Shown piece after piece: positions 13,230 to 24,610 of a stretch of 64,000 nucleotides of DNA (positions within the stretch are counted from its first letter, which is position 1; the number at the start of each line of letters is the position of its first letter). Under the pieces are notes generated by a model, which saw nothing but the letters and a program-made list of their open reading frames with translations, was not told the origin of the DNA and did not search any database. The stretch is taken from positions 2,170,001-2,234,000 of the forward strand of contig JAYWIR010000028.1 in the NCBI GenBank assembly GCA_036172245.1, in the 5' to 3' direction. The stretch comes from Raillietiella orientalis. Lineage: Eukaryota. The position numbers were made by a program, and so were the translations under genes.

Positions 13230-13890
13230 GCGGCCGTTGGAACCACTTTGGAAAGAGCATCTCCTTTTTTGCCATGAGAGCGATGCGCAGGGGATGAAAT
13301 AGTCGGAAATGCGCGGTCCGCTGCGATCAAAAGAGTCCGTCACATGAGGTACGCGATGTGCTATCAGCAGGTGCTTTGGAAACGGAGTCCACCCATTCCA
13401 TCATCGAATTCAGAATTCCATCTCAATCCACACTCCAGCAACCGCCACAGTGCTTTATTGCTCATTGTGTGGTTTAACTTGCAAAATTTTTGGATTCCTC
13501 GATTCAAAGTCAAAATTTCTAGAGAATCGACAAGAATTCCGATTTTCTTTTGCAACCAGTAGCGACGGTTTCTCTCCACGAAGTCCCCTTTCGAGTGGTT
13601 AGATTTTTCTATTCCATCATAAGATCCTCTCCAGGCACCGTCTCCGAATTGTTTTCTGACTCCATGAAAGCGAAGAGATTTTGCTTGCAGAATGCTGATG
13701 CGATGAGATGCGATGAAACTCCGTAGGGACTTTTCAGGGTTTTCATCAAGACTTCTCAAGATTCCTTGGGTCGAGTATCAGGTGGCGAAGAGTGACACAT
13801 ACTGCGGCGAAGACTCCATCTGTAGATTTCATTGTAACCTTCATTGTAAAGGGAAGAGCATCTTAGAGCCTCGGTTGGAATCGGTCATCG
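13230..13890 (-). pseudogene. H2A-H2B-like remnant on the minus strand
   Basis: PQYVSLFAT*YSTQGIL (H2A PVYLAAVLEYLTAEIL); IQKFCKLNHTMSNKAL (H2B IYKVLKQVH..ISSKAM). Confidence 0.45.
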
Positions 13891-13974
13891 CCAAACTGTG
13901 ATTGTGATTGCTGCTGCTAAGCTGGATCCTTCATTTCCAGAAAAAAAAAAAAAAAACGCGGCATGGTCGCCAAC

Positions 13975-14887
13975 GAGAGCCAGCATGCACCGATCTAGCT
14001 CTGCTTCTTGAGCTCACGTGTAAGCACGTGGCCTTCAGTTCCAAAACGTACGAGACAGCCTTCGGCCATCCTTTTGCATTTCGCCACCGGTTTCCATTTG
14101 GCTCGAATGTGAGACACTCAATGGGCTATTTCTCTTCTGCGCAGCGAACTTGCTAAGCGCGATCAAGCCAGATTCTGCAAGTCTGCAGCTCCACCCCATG
14201 GTTTCGAAACGAAATTTCCAGAGCTGAAGAATCCAGAAACTGTGTTCGTGGAGGTGGACGAAATGGAGACATGCCTTGAAGACATGGCACTTGAAACACG
14301 GGCCTGATTGAGAATTTCGTAAACAAGCGCCTACGGATGATTATCACGTCTGAGCTGGCATCACAAAACTTGTGCAGAACGGAAACTTCGCCTTGTTTGC
14401 ACTTTTAAGTGACCATCGCATACGGGACTTTAGCATTCATCCCTAGGTTTCAGAAAAGAATTCTTCGGAAAGAGGATTGCAGTTGTGAAGACAAAAAGAT
14501 AGAAGAAAAAATGCACTGTTTTTTACAAGTTGAAAAATCTTCGTAAGAAAGCCCAGCATTTGAATGAAAAAACTCATGGCACTCCTTGGAGAAATCTGAG
14601 AAACTTTTGACGTTTTTGCCTATGCTCGCGTAATGCGGTTGGAGGTCGAAGAACACGATCTGATCTGTATCGCGTGGGAGTCTTCATTTCCGAAATTGGG
14701 AAAGCGTCTCTTAACCGGTGCCACAGACGTGGTCCGATCTGCTGGAATGAGAAGCATTTGTGGTGGCCAGCTAATGGAGCCAAAGTTAATAGGGCACCTC
14801 GCAGCTCGAGAACTCGGGGACGCTCGAGAACAGAGGGAAAAAAAAGTCGCTGTTATCAAAGCGAATGAGGCGAAAAAGTCAAGATGA
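13975..14887 (+). pseudogene. H4-H3-H2A-H2B-like fusion remnant, all four folds
   Basis: H4: EPACTDLA..TYETAFG..SNVRHSMGYFSSAQR. H3: MVSKRNFQS..WRWT..IENFV. H2A: TLAFIPRFQKRILRK..AQHL..KKLMALLGEI. H2B (open frame from 14600): ETFDVFAYARVM..SSFPKLGKRLLTGATDVVRSAGMRSI..RELGDA. Confidence 0.6.
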
Positions 14888-15289
14888 AGAAGCTGACCCG
14901 AAGAGATCCTCTGTATATCGAAAGTCGGACCGCAAGCATGTTCCTGAGCGCTTATATCTTAAACGCCTGTTGACGTCCGGAGAAGTGTATTTCCTTTCAT
15001 GGATTCCATGCTTCATGTTCTGCAAACACCGGCTACTACATTTCCCTAGGCAAAGACCCATTCATAGTAATGACAAATGATGGGGACGACGCCGGCAGAG
15101 CCTGGAACCTTCTATTATAGATCTTGGCAAGCATTATTTCGGCAGTCCGGGGCTAAAAGGGAGCGGAAGCCACGGCAGGGAATAGATGGATTCTCACAGA
15201 TGAGTTCATGAGTTCCATTTCTCACCTCAAAACCGTGACTTACACGTATGCAGCTCTTGGCTGAACGCGTACAGCTTAATTCTGTTGGT

Positions 15290-15406
15290 CGTGTGACTCA
15301 TTGTTGAATGCTCGCAGCTCATTGTTCTCGTGTGACGCATTGTTGAATGTTCGCAGCTCATTGTTCTCGTGTGATGCATTGTTGGACACATGCAGCACAT
15401 TGTTGA
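15290..15406. repeat. 39-bp minisatellite, three copies
   Basis: Units start at 15290, 15329 and 15368. Consensus CGTGTGACGCATTGTTGAATGYTCGCAGCTCATTGTTCT; the third unit is more diverged. Confidence 0.9.
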
Positions 15407-18400
15407 GGGCGTAAATCACGCGTGACATCACTTTCGAATCGATGAAACTGCGCTTCGATGTGTGGCTGTGTCACGGTGCGCCACAGTCACGCGCTTGATT
15501 CCCCGGCCGGTTGGAGTCTCTGTGCGGCGGACCTCTCCCGGCTTCCAGACCCCGCGAGATCACTCATCTGCCTGCCTCCTGAGAACCAACAAATAGGAGA
15601 AATTCTTCCTGAAGTGTGCCAACCTGACTAGAATTCACTTCATTGGCATCGTGTGTATTTGAAATTTCGAAGGGGGTTTGGTGGGCTGCAGGATCCTCCG
15701 CTAGCTGAGAGTGGAGGCCGCGAAGGTGCGAGGGGAGGAACGCATCGGTCCCACAAGATCGCTCCTCAAGTGACCAGCGGTCGGTTTCCACTCGATGGGA
15801 CCGCGAGCAGCAACCAACTTGGCTCCTTTGACTCTCTCTTTTTTTCCTCTCTCTTTTCTGCAAAAAATAAGTGGATGCACTGACAATGTGGATCGCGAGA
15901 TGCACACTCTGAAGACGAGCTCAGAGAAGAGAAGAACCCACCGGACTGGGTCTTCCGAGAAAGGATCTCAGCAAGTTAATCGGTGCCCATGGGCGGGCTC
16001 CCTCCCAATTTCGAAAGATCCCAATGGTCCGGGAAGCAGACTCGCATGCCGGTGTGGCGCGTCCGTTCCAGGATGCCTCCGGGCGCGATCGAAAAACGAT
16101 CCCCCTTTCCCCGCCTCCTCTTCCCCCTCTTCCATTCCGCATCCCCGCCGTTCTCTGCTTGGCTCCTCCTCCACCTCAGCGGGACTCCGCCCTTCCCGAA
16201 GGGCCTCTTTCAAATGCCGCGGGTCTTCTGCGTATGTCGGTTGGTTCCCATACGCGTTTGGGCAAGCAGGAGAGTTTCACGGCCCCTTATCGCGTCAGCG
16301 CGCCAAAAGCGCGCTAGGGAAAATGGGGGAGGCAGACTGGGATCCCGCCGGGATCGCGCGTGTCCCGTTTCCCTTCCGGGTTCCCTGCGGAAGGAGGAGG
16401 ACGCAAAGGGCACGAGACGAGGTAGGCGGGTCGACCTTAGGAGGTCACCGCTCCCTGGCGCCTCCTTCGTTAAGAGAAGGGACAGAGACTCTTCCCTGCC
16501 TGTGTTCCCCATTCTTTCTCCTTCTCTTCTACTTCTTCGAGGGGTCCGCGGCGGCGATCGAATGGCAGGGGCCTTCCGGTGACACAAAAACTCCCGCTGT
16601 ACCTCTGGCGAGAATTCCTCCTTCCTCCAGGGCAAATTTCAGGGTCCCTTACCTACGAAGTTGCGCGACCTCCTGAAGTGTCCCTCCACACCTTTCCTTC
16701 CTCTCTCCCGGATCCACCGATCTCATCGCTCGACTGCGAAAGGGGAAAGGAACGGGACACGCAGAGGGACGTCGGATTCCCTTCCCGGCCGGAGGGGTGA
16801 CGCGCACTCTGAAACCGGCGGGCACTGAGGGATTCACGTGCTCCAAAGTAAGGGGCAGGGACGCAGTAGGGGCACGAAACTCGTGGACGCGAGCTCACAG
16901 GGACATTGCGGAGAGAGGGCATCGCTAGAGGCTCTGCTGCCGCACCACACGTCCCGATCCGCGCTTCCCCCTTGAGCACCGCCGCGAGCAGCCGAGGAAG
17001 CCACTGCGTGAGTTTTTGGAATGAGAGGCTTCCGTGGGGGGAAGGGAAGGGGAAAGCTCGTCCTGCGGGGCCTCGGTGGCAGGGAAGAGGGGGGACGTCC
17101 CTCGGCACGCTACTCGGCTGGAGCGCCTCCAGGCAGGTGGCGCATGAGATGCGCATGAGCGCCGGCGGCAGCGCGCGCCTTCCTCCTCCGGGGCCCTTGA
17201 AGAGGCGGCGCCAATCGCTCGTGCGCCCACGCCCTGCCCGCAGGCTGCCCCGACGGCGGCACGTGCGGATGACCCCTCTTTCCTCCGCGTCCCACCCAGA
17301 GGGCCCCAGGCAACGGTCTCGAAGCCTCCCTCTCGCGCGAGCAGGGGAGAAAGGAACGTGGGCCAGAACCCTCGGGCTCCTAAAAGGGCGGCTTTCGCAG
17401 CGGGGCACTCCTAGTTCGGCCGCTCAGGGCCAAGGGATTTGTCCCGGGGGGCCTTTTGAGTCGCACACAGGAGCGTCTCCTTGCCTCCCTCCGGCGCTCT
17501 CCCATCTCGCCGCGGGAGGATGTTCGGACAGAAGAGTGATCCGTTGCCAAGTAGCGAGGAAGAAAATTAGTTCCGGGAGGGCGTCCTCCAAGCCCGGGCT
17601 TCCCGGCTTCAGCGTTCAAAGGGTGGGCACGGACTCTCTCCCGGAAAACTCCCACCGTCTCCTCCCTTTCTTCTCCTTCCTCTAGGAGCAGATGACCCCT
17701 GGGAGCCTTCGCGGCTCCCCCTCGCTCTCAAAATCCATCTCCCAGCTGCCCTGGAAACAGAAAAGCCGTCCGCGAGGACCTCCTCCCTACCGCTCTCACA
17801 TCTCGCTTCCTCACTTCTCTTCGAAGTCCGACCGTGAGTTCGGGATGCTTTCAGGTCTCTGGAGACGAACGGCCCGGCTCCCATTCCTTGTCCCTGCTCC
17901 TCCTGCTTCTGGGAGAGGAGATTGCCGGTCCCGCCGGAAAGGGTGAGTCTAGAAGCAACTCCCTGGTCTCTATGAGCCGTGAGAAACCCCTCCTTCGAGC
18001 TGCGCCAAAGTGAGGTCACCATCAAGGAAAAGTGCCTCCTGGGGGGTTTACGAGGGCATTGATGGCTCTGCTCCTGCACGCCTAAGGGTCCACTGATGGC
18101 GGAGCGCCCTCTGGTGCGCACGAGCGTGGCAGGTAGTCCCGAGGCTTCTGAGGGCATTCGCTTTTTATTCTTGCAGGAAAGAGTCAATCTGGTCCTTCCC
18201 CACAAGAAGAGGGGTAGACCAGGGGGTAGTGGGGACCTCCACCGAGTCTCCCACTCTGCGCCTCCCGAGGTGACTTCTAAGGTCTGCAGACTGGCTTGTG
18301 GCTCGCAGGTCTTGGGGGGGCGGGACGGTGCAGCGGAATTGTCCCAGGGGTCTACGAGAGTGGAAAGCGTGTGGTCCGCAGCGGGAGGCGAACGAGCGAG

Positions 18401-20009
18401 AGAGGGAGAGGAAGGGCAGCCCCCCTTCGTTTTCCCTCCGGGAGTGGCAATGACATTCCCTGGGTCTGAAGGCGACAGCAGCGGCAACCTCTCCTATTCC
18501 TTCAGGGTGCGGCGGAGGGTGTCCAGAAGAAACTCAAGCTGTCGTCCCGATTTCTCCCTCTGGGCAGTAGGGGGGGATTCAGGGTCCTCTTGCTGGAGAC
18601 ACGCCCTCTCTTGTCATGGCATCTCCTTACGCGCGGGTGACCGACGTTCTTTCCGTCGACTGGCGGAAAGGGGCGCAGATGGGATCGGAGATCGAGAGGT
18701 GTGTGTACCGGCCGCCGCGGAGCAAACCCGAGGGAGGACGGGGGCAGCGAAGGAGAAAAGGAGTGCAGTCACCGCAGCATCCCTGACAGCGGAGACTGGC
18801 AACCTCGCCTCCAGATTCGTGGCCTCTCTTCAAAACGGGGGCCAAAGGGTGAAGGTGCCTTCCTGATCGCGAAGAGTGGCTTCCGGGTCTCCTGGGGAGG
18901 GACTCATCGTAACGCAGTGAGCACGGTGATGACGTCAGGGGCTAGTGGGATCTTGCGATGACACTGATGAGCAGCTATAGGGATTCGGGCGGCTCTAGTC
19001 CATAGGAGAGATCTGAGATCGAGGCGAGGGTACATCCCGGAGAGAGAGGCACCTCATTCCAGAAGGGAGCGACCCAGGTTACCAGGCGCCGGGGTCAGCG
19101 AGGAGCTGGGAGCTACATGGCTCGGGTGTTTCTTCCGGGAGAACGACAAGGGGGTCGATTGGGGCTAAAAAATGAGGAATGGGGGAAGGGAGGAGGATGG
19201 GGCGACTGGTGCCTTGTAGGTCGGAGCCCCCGTGCCCCTCGTAGTCCGGACTTCCGAGTGCCCAGAAGGAGAAAGTGACCGTCCACTTTGTGACTTTCCC
19301 GAAAGGGAGCGAGTGAAGCACCCAGGGTGCAGTCCGGGGGAGTTTTGGATGCCTCCCGCGCCATTCAATGCCGAGAGGGGAGTTTCCTGCTGTCTGAAGG
19401 CAGGTGGTCACTTGTAGGGAGGGGAGGGGATGCAGGGTCAAAGAGCTTATTTGTGGGAACGTAGTTTCGCGGCAGAGGGTTTGGTTGCCCGACCTTGTCG
19501 AGGGATGACGCATGCGTGCGATGAGCGTTTCTGCGTCGCCTGCAGGTCCTCGCACGTTGCCGAGACGACCGTTCGACTGGGTGCGCATCGACTGGGTGAG
19601 CACCCGCGGAGTGCACCGATGGCTGCGCGAGTGCTAGAGGAGCTCTTCCAGGCGTGAGCAGCGCTCTGGTTGCCGAGAAGAGGGGAGCGCCGACAGCCGC
19701 CATTCCTGGTCGCTCGCGCAGGTCTTCCCTAGGACAAAAGTTTTTGCCGGCGGAGCGAATCGCTGACCTCTGGGCTGTTTCTAGGTGACCTCTCTACTAA
19801 AGGCCGAAAGTTGGGGAAACCTTACCCGGCGCGCTCCCGGAAGCTCCCCCTTCAGAAACAGTTCCTTGCATCAAAAACATGGGGGTGCAGCAAATCTCCC
19901 CTCCCCCCTCCATTATTTTGCCCCCATTTTGACCCCATAAGCAGAACTGGAGCACGGGAACTCCGTACTCGAAGGTCACCGCAAAGGCACGATTTTGATC
20001 GGCTCAGGT

Positions 20010-21120
20010 TGATCAGACAATGAAGAAGACTTGCTCGAGGAATGACCAGCATCCGTCAGGTTTGTGGGATGAATGATGCTCTAGAAGGAGCCTTTGTTTG
20101 CCTGCGGGGCTTTCTTGAGGACAATGCGATGGCGACAATGGGAATGTCTTCCGCTCCAACATGAGCCCGTATCACACTGACAAATCGGATTGCGCTTGGA
20201 GTAGCAGAAAGGCGCGGAGGTAAGGTCAGGGGGACCACACAAGCATCTGAGAGATTGACGTTGTCAAGGATACCGTTCACTCCCTGGTTCGCGCGCGTAT
20301 TCGCGCCCTACATCTCCGCTGGAAGCACCATCCCTTTGGCGGAACAGTCTGTCCTCGTTTTCGGGAGAGCGGTTCCATCAACATGCTTCTGGCGAGCACC
20401 ATGAGCGAACGTGGTTGCCGGGATACATGATGCCTGCTACCGTTACGGAAACGCCACTGTAACAGAAGCGATCATCAACGTCGATCACCTTCTGTCGCGC
20501 CCTTCAGACGGCTGAGCACCACGGCGACTTCAATTTTTTCCTTCCTGAAAGCGATTCCCCTTTGGTACGCGGGAGTTCGACGCCCGAAGGGATCGTCCGC
20601 GAACCTGTAAAATGAGCTTTATAACACACTTGCACCGGATTCAGGAAGGATCACTCTTTTTTGTGTGAAATGGTTCTTCTTGAGGAAGTCTTTCTCGATA
20701 TCTCCCCACTTCAAAGAGGAAGTCCCAGGCACGCAGGGACTTTTCTTTTGGGACCAAGATCAACTAAACGTGATCAAGAGGAAGAACCGAGGTCATAGGG
20801 GCAAAAGCACCAGTGGATCAAGCAAAAGACTTGAAGAAAAACGGGAAATTTTGAAGTTTCCGGAAAGTTCTGCAGCTGCCAAGAGTGCATCTTTATTTAT
20901 GACATGATTCTTCTCTGCCTGAAGATGGCAATTACAAAGCTGGTAAAAAGTCGATGGTTTTCTTCGGTGAGCTGTTAGGGAGATGGGAACCTGAAGCAGT
21001 AGTGGATGAAGGCGTGGGGCAGTCATCTCATGAATTGAAGGAAAAGAGGAAATCACCCGTGGAATACAGAACTGACCACATCCAGCGAATGGTACTTTGT
21101 TGACGGGAGTTTTGAAAATA
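20010..21120 (+). pseudogene. H4-H3-H2A-H2B-like fusion remnant, best-preserved copy
   Basis: H4 (20024-20218): RRLAR..LRGFLED..RITLT..ERRG. H3 (20240-20500): QASERLTLSRIPF/SLVR..ANVVAGIHDA..D-HLLSR. H2A (20552-20775): RFPFG..FLCEMVL..RGSPRH..QDQLN. H2B (about 20885-21115): HLYL..GKKSMVFFGELL..EAVVDEG..KRKS..HIQRMV. Confidence 0.65.
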
Positions 21121-21229
21121 GCCTCCAGCTTTCTCTGCAGATTCTGCTACTTTCTGAACGTTTTTATTAGATAGTCCTCAACGGATCGGAATCTTCAACG
21201 AATAAATAAAGGATTTTTCGGGAAGTCAG

Positions 21230-22110
21230 CAGGAAGGCATTCCGTCTTCGAAGGAGGTACAAGAAGGCATAGAACAACGAGAGAACGAGCTTCAGCTTCG
21301 GTGCTGGCGTGGCAGCAAAGCAGTCCCAAACGGGATCTCTTGCAGCGGAACTTTTTCAAGGCGCCAACGAATGTCTGCAGCAACTCCGAATGACGGACGC
21401 ACGGGGACAAATTTGTTGGCGACCAGCGGGCATTTGCGTAACGACCTAAAGTTCGTTTACTCCCTAAACACCGGCGTGTGGAATTAATTGAAAATTTATA
21501 TTTAATATTCGAATATTAATGAGTTAAATAGAATGGTTGTTTTATATGACAAAATATAATAAAATTTTATTTAGAGGTGATATACTGACAAATTAATATT
21601 TCTAATTATTAGTAAGTAAAAATTAGGGATAAGCTTAGTTTATTTATAAATACAATAGTGGATGTAAATTATGAGCTTTGAAGTAGCTATTATAAAGTTT
21701 TAATACTAAGTTAATGTAGATTTTTAAAGTTTTTCTCACTGTGGTTTCTCTTCGAGACCTGGTTTCCCGCTCAGCCGCGAGGAAACGAACCGTTTGCTTC
21801 TGAGGTGGAGACCACTGGAAAGCCTTTCCGGGTCCATCAAGGATTCAACGTATCGATCGCGTCGCAATTATTCTTCATCATCGTCGGAGCATTCTTCAAG
21901 ACGGAGCCTCCCAAGCGCACAATAGTTTCAAAAGACAGTAAATGCACAGGTATGAATCATCTGCAAGACTCTATTAACGAGGTGGAAGAATCAGTTAAAC
22001 TCGCTGAGGCATCCAGGGGTGTGGTCTCCGCCCGCACAGTCCGGAATGGATCATCTCAGAAGATTCCGTATTTCAAAAGTTGAACACGGATGTATGTGGA
22101 TGAAGGGGAC
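21230..22110 (+). pseudogene. H2A-H2B-like remnant interrupted by the NUMT
   Basis: H2A-like FGAGVAAKQSQTGSLAAEL (21297-21353) and LRND lie before the NUMT. H2B-like MNHLQDSINEVEESVKLAEASRGVVSARTV..VDEG lies after it. Confidence 0.5.
21482..21733 (+). pseudogene. NUMT: nuclear copy of a mitochondrial large-subunit (16S/rrnL) rRNA fragment
   Basis: Abrupt, very AT-rich island with ordered motifs resembling mt 16S: TTCGAATATTAATGAGTTAAA (21508), TATATGACAAAATA (21543), TTTAGAGGTGATA (21570), TTAGGGATAAGCT (21623), TGAGCTTTGAAGTAGCTAT (21672). Confidence 0.7.
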
Positions 22111-24379
22111 TGTGTTGAGGCGGGCTATTGAGGGCGGCGGTGCTGGCATGTCTCACGGTATCTCGAAGAAGAGAGACGAAAGAAAGAGAAAGACCACGAA
22201 GAAAGAGCATCTGGAAGTGGACAAACCACCACAAAACCGCGCAGCAGAAGAATGGAAGGTGATTGGAAAGGCTTGTAGGGAAGAAGGATGCCTGCAAAAT
22301 TTCGTTGAAAAAGACGGGAAGAGGGCGATTCGCTATGTCTTTAGATGAAAGGATAGGCAATGCATTTTTCGAACGTCTTGTGCAATAAGGAAGTACGTTG
22401 AGGAATCATCAGTCGATGCCTCACAGTTTCATTTCACCCAACAAACTCCTCGGGATGACCTTGCAGTTTCTTTTGACCAGTTCGACCTTCTGGTTTCAAC
22501 AGGCAGATGAGTTTCTATGAAAGCGATTTCTCCTCTGCTCCTGCACTCTGGTGAATCTCGATAATCTATTGGCTCTTGTGTACCGAAATTCATTTTGGTA
22601 CTTGTGCCAATCCCGTTTATTACTTGTTTTACTGTTGCTGAGGATTTGTCCACGAGGATCCCCCAAATCCATCAACGTTTCACCTCCATCTCTATTCCTT
22701 TATTGCCCTCTCCATGCTGCTCGATGCAAAACCATTCGTTCTTTCACTTTTGCTTTCGAATTTCTTGTTTCCCGGAGATGAGCTGTCATTTCCCCATAGA
22801 TCACTTCCCATGAGAGAATCAACTGGCTCACAGATTTGCACGCTAAGTACAGGGAATCAACAAATTCGGAGGACCTCTCTAAGGGTTCCGGAAAGCTGGA
22901 ACCAACAGAACGACTGCGCATTCCCGACAGACACGTGTTTACGTGGCAAAACGTGTTATAATGCATCCTAACGCGTTTGCTGTGTATCAGAACGCATTAT
23001 GCCGCACTCCAAATACTTCAGTGTCTCATAAAATCATAGCCTACGGCAAAATATTTTTTTTTTTTTTTTTGCGAGGGCGGGAGCAGTTTCATTCAGCCAC
23101 CGGGAAATCAAGGTTCCAGTTGAAAGACAGACTTGGAAATTGCTAAGCACCCGGTCCATAAGAATGGCTCTCGGAGTGTCAAGTGCCATTAGAGGAGAAT
23201 GCGATGCAAATACCCGGACACTCTTTCGCCAAGCTCCAATGAGATCAAGATCCAAGCTTCCAACGCAATCACGACAATCCCGCGGGTTGCCTGGCAACGG
23301 ATCGTGAGTTTCCTTTTCGCGAGACGGTCGGCAACGTGAAATTGTGCAGCGAGTGGGAGCCCACAGGAGCATGAGCGAAGCCTGCAAAATGATACGCTTT
23401 CTTCGACTTCGCAATTATAGGGTAGATGACCTTCTGCAAGGAGCCGTTCGCGCGCGAATACTACGAGGGATTCTGAAATCGTAAAACTCGAGTAAACAAA
23501 TCAATATTTCCAGGATCCCCTCGCTCCCCCCCTCCGTTCCATCCTCGTGCTTCGGAAGAGCCGCAGCGTCCGCTGTTCTCTCCTGGACGCGGAACCGTTC
23601 TGTGGAACAGAGAACCACGGGCTGCTGAGTAACGGAGCAAATTGTAAATTTCATCGCAGCTTCGCCTCTGGAGCTTTCATTCCGTTTGTTTGCGCCTTGA
23701 GCTGTTACAACTCACTCACAGGAGACGTCCCGTTTTATTACTTCGGAGTCCCTTTATAACAACGCCTTTCGGGCAGCGGGTTGCGGTGCGCAGTGACGTG
23801 TCACGGAAGACCTCCAGTCGCGCCCGCTCCGAACGAAGTTTCCATCTTCACGTGGTGAAGTTGACAAGGGGAGAGAGGCACGAACCCGCTCTCTGTCTGG
23901 GCTATCAGAGCTGATGCTGTATCACCACACTCGCGTCATCACTGGAGCAGACCGTGGTGCTCGGGATCGAATGGATACATCCGTTGAGGAGGATTCATAT
24001 GAAGCCAGCAAAGAGGCCATTGGATCGCTGTCAGAGCACTGATGGAGGAGGAAGAGCTTTCTGGGATGAATAATAATAATAACGATAACAATTATAGTAA
24101 TAATAAATGCACGTGACCTTCCATGATGAGGTCAGCGCTGAGCTGGAGGCTCTTGAAAGAACGGTCAGGGCAACAATTTAGAGTGCGGCAAGCAGGAGTG
24201 GGAACAACAGCAAGTCAGGACAGACCAGCAGACCTCGGTCGCACGTGCGGAAAAGTGCTTTTCGCCGATATGACACGGCTGCAGTGCCACTCGTGCTGCC
24301 CGCAGTGGACTTCCTCGTCGGGTGGTGCCTCGAACTGCTTCCACCACGACTTCACACACTCCGCGATCCCTGGAAGGAC

Positions 24380-24610
24380 CTAGGAGGGTTCGCTCCCGAT
24401 TCCGGATATTTTAGAAGGGGCGCTCGGTCCCCGATGTGCGCGCGAGAGTCGTTCCAGTGAAGCACCCGAAGCCTGCTGGTCGACCAGCGTCCCGCAGAGG
24501 AGCTCGAAATCCATGACGCGTCCATTTTGCGCCGTCGATCCTCCACATGGAGATTCGAACCCGCAACGCTCGGCATCAACTCGCGGAAGAAGCCGCGGGC
24601 CACTTCACAA
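24380..24610 (-). mobile_element. SINE-like repeat, 5' head fragment
   Basis: Reverse complement reads GCGGGTTCGAATCTCCATGTGGAGGATCGA, matching the head of copy A. Confidence 0.6.

Noticed and set aside
15290..15406. CRISPR-like array
   Set aside because: No unique spacers and a eukaryotic context; it is a simple tandem repeat.
23286..23298. RFX X-box-like palindrome GTTGCCTGGCAAC (and an imperfect one at 5377)
   Set aside because: Single short motifs with no associated gene.
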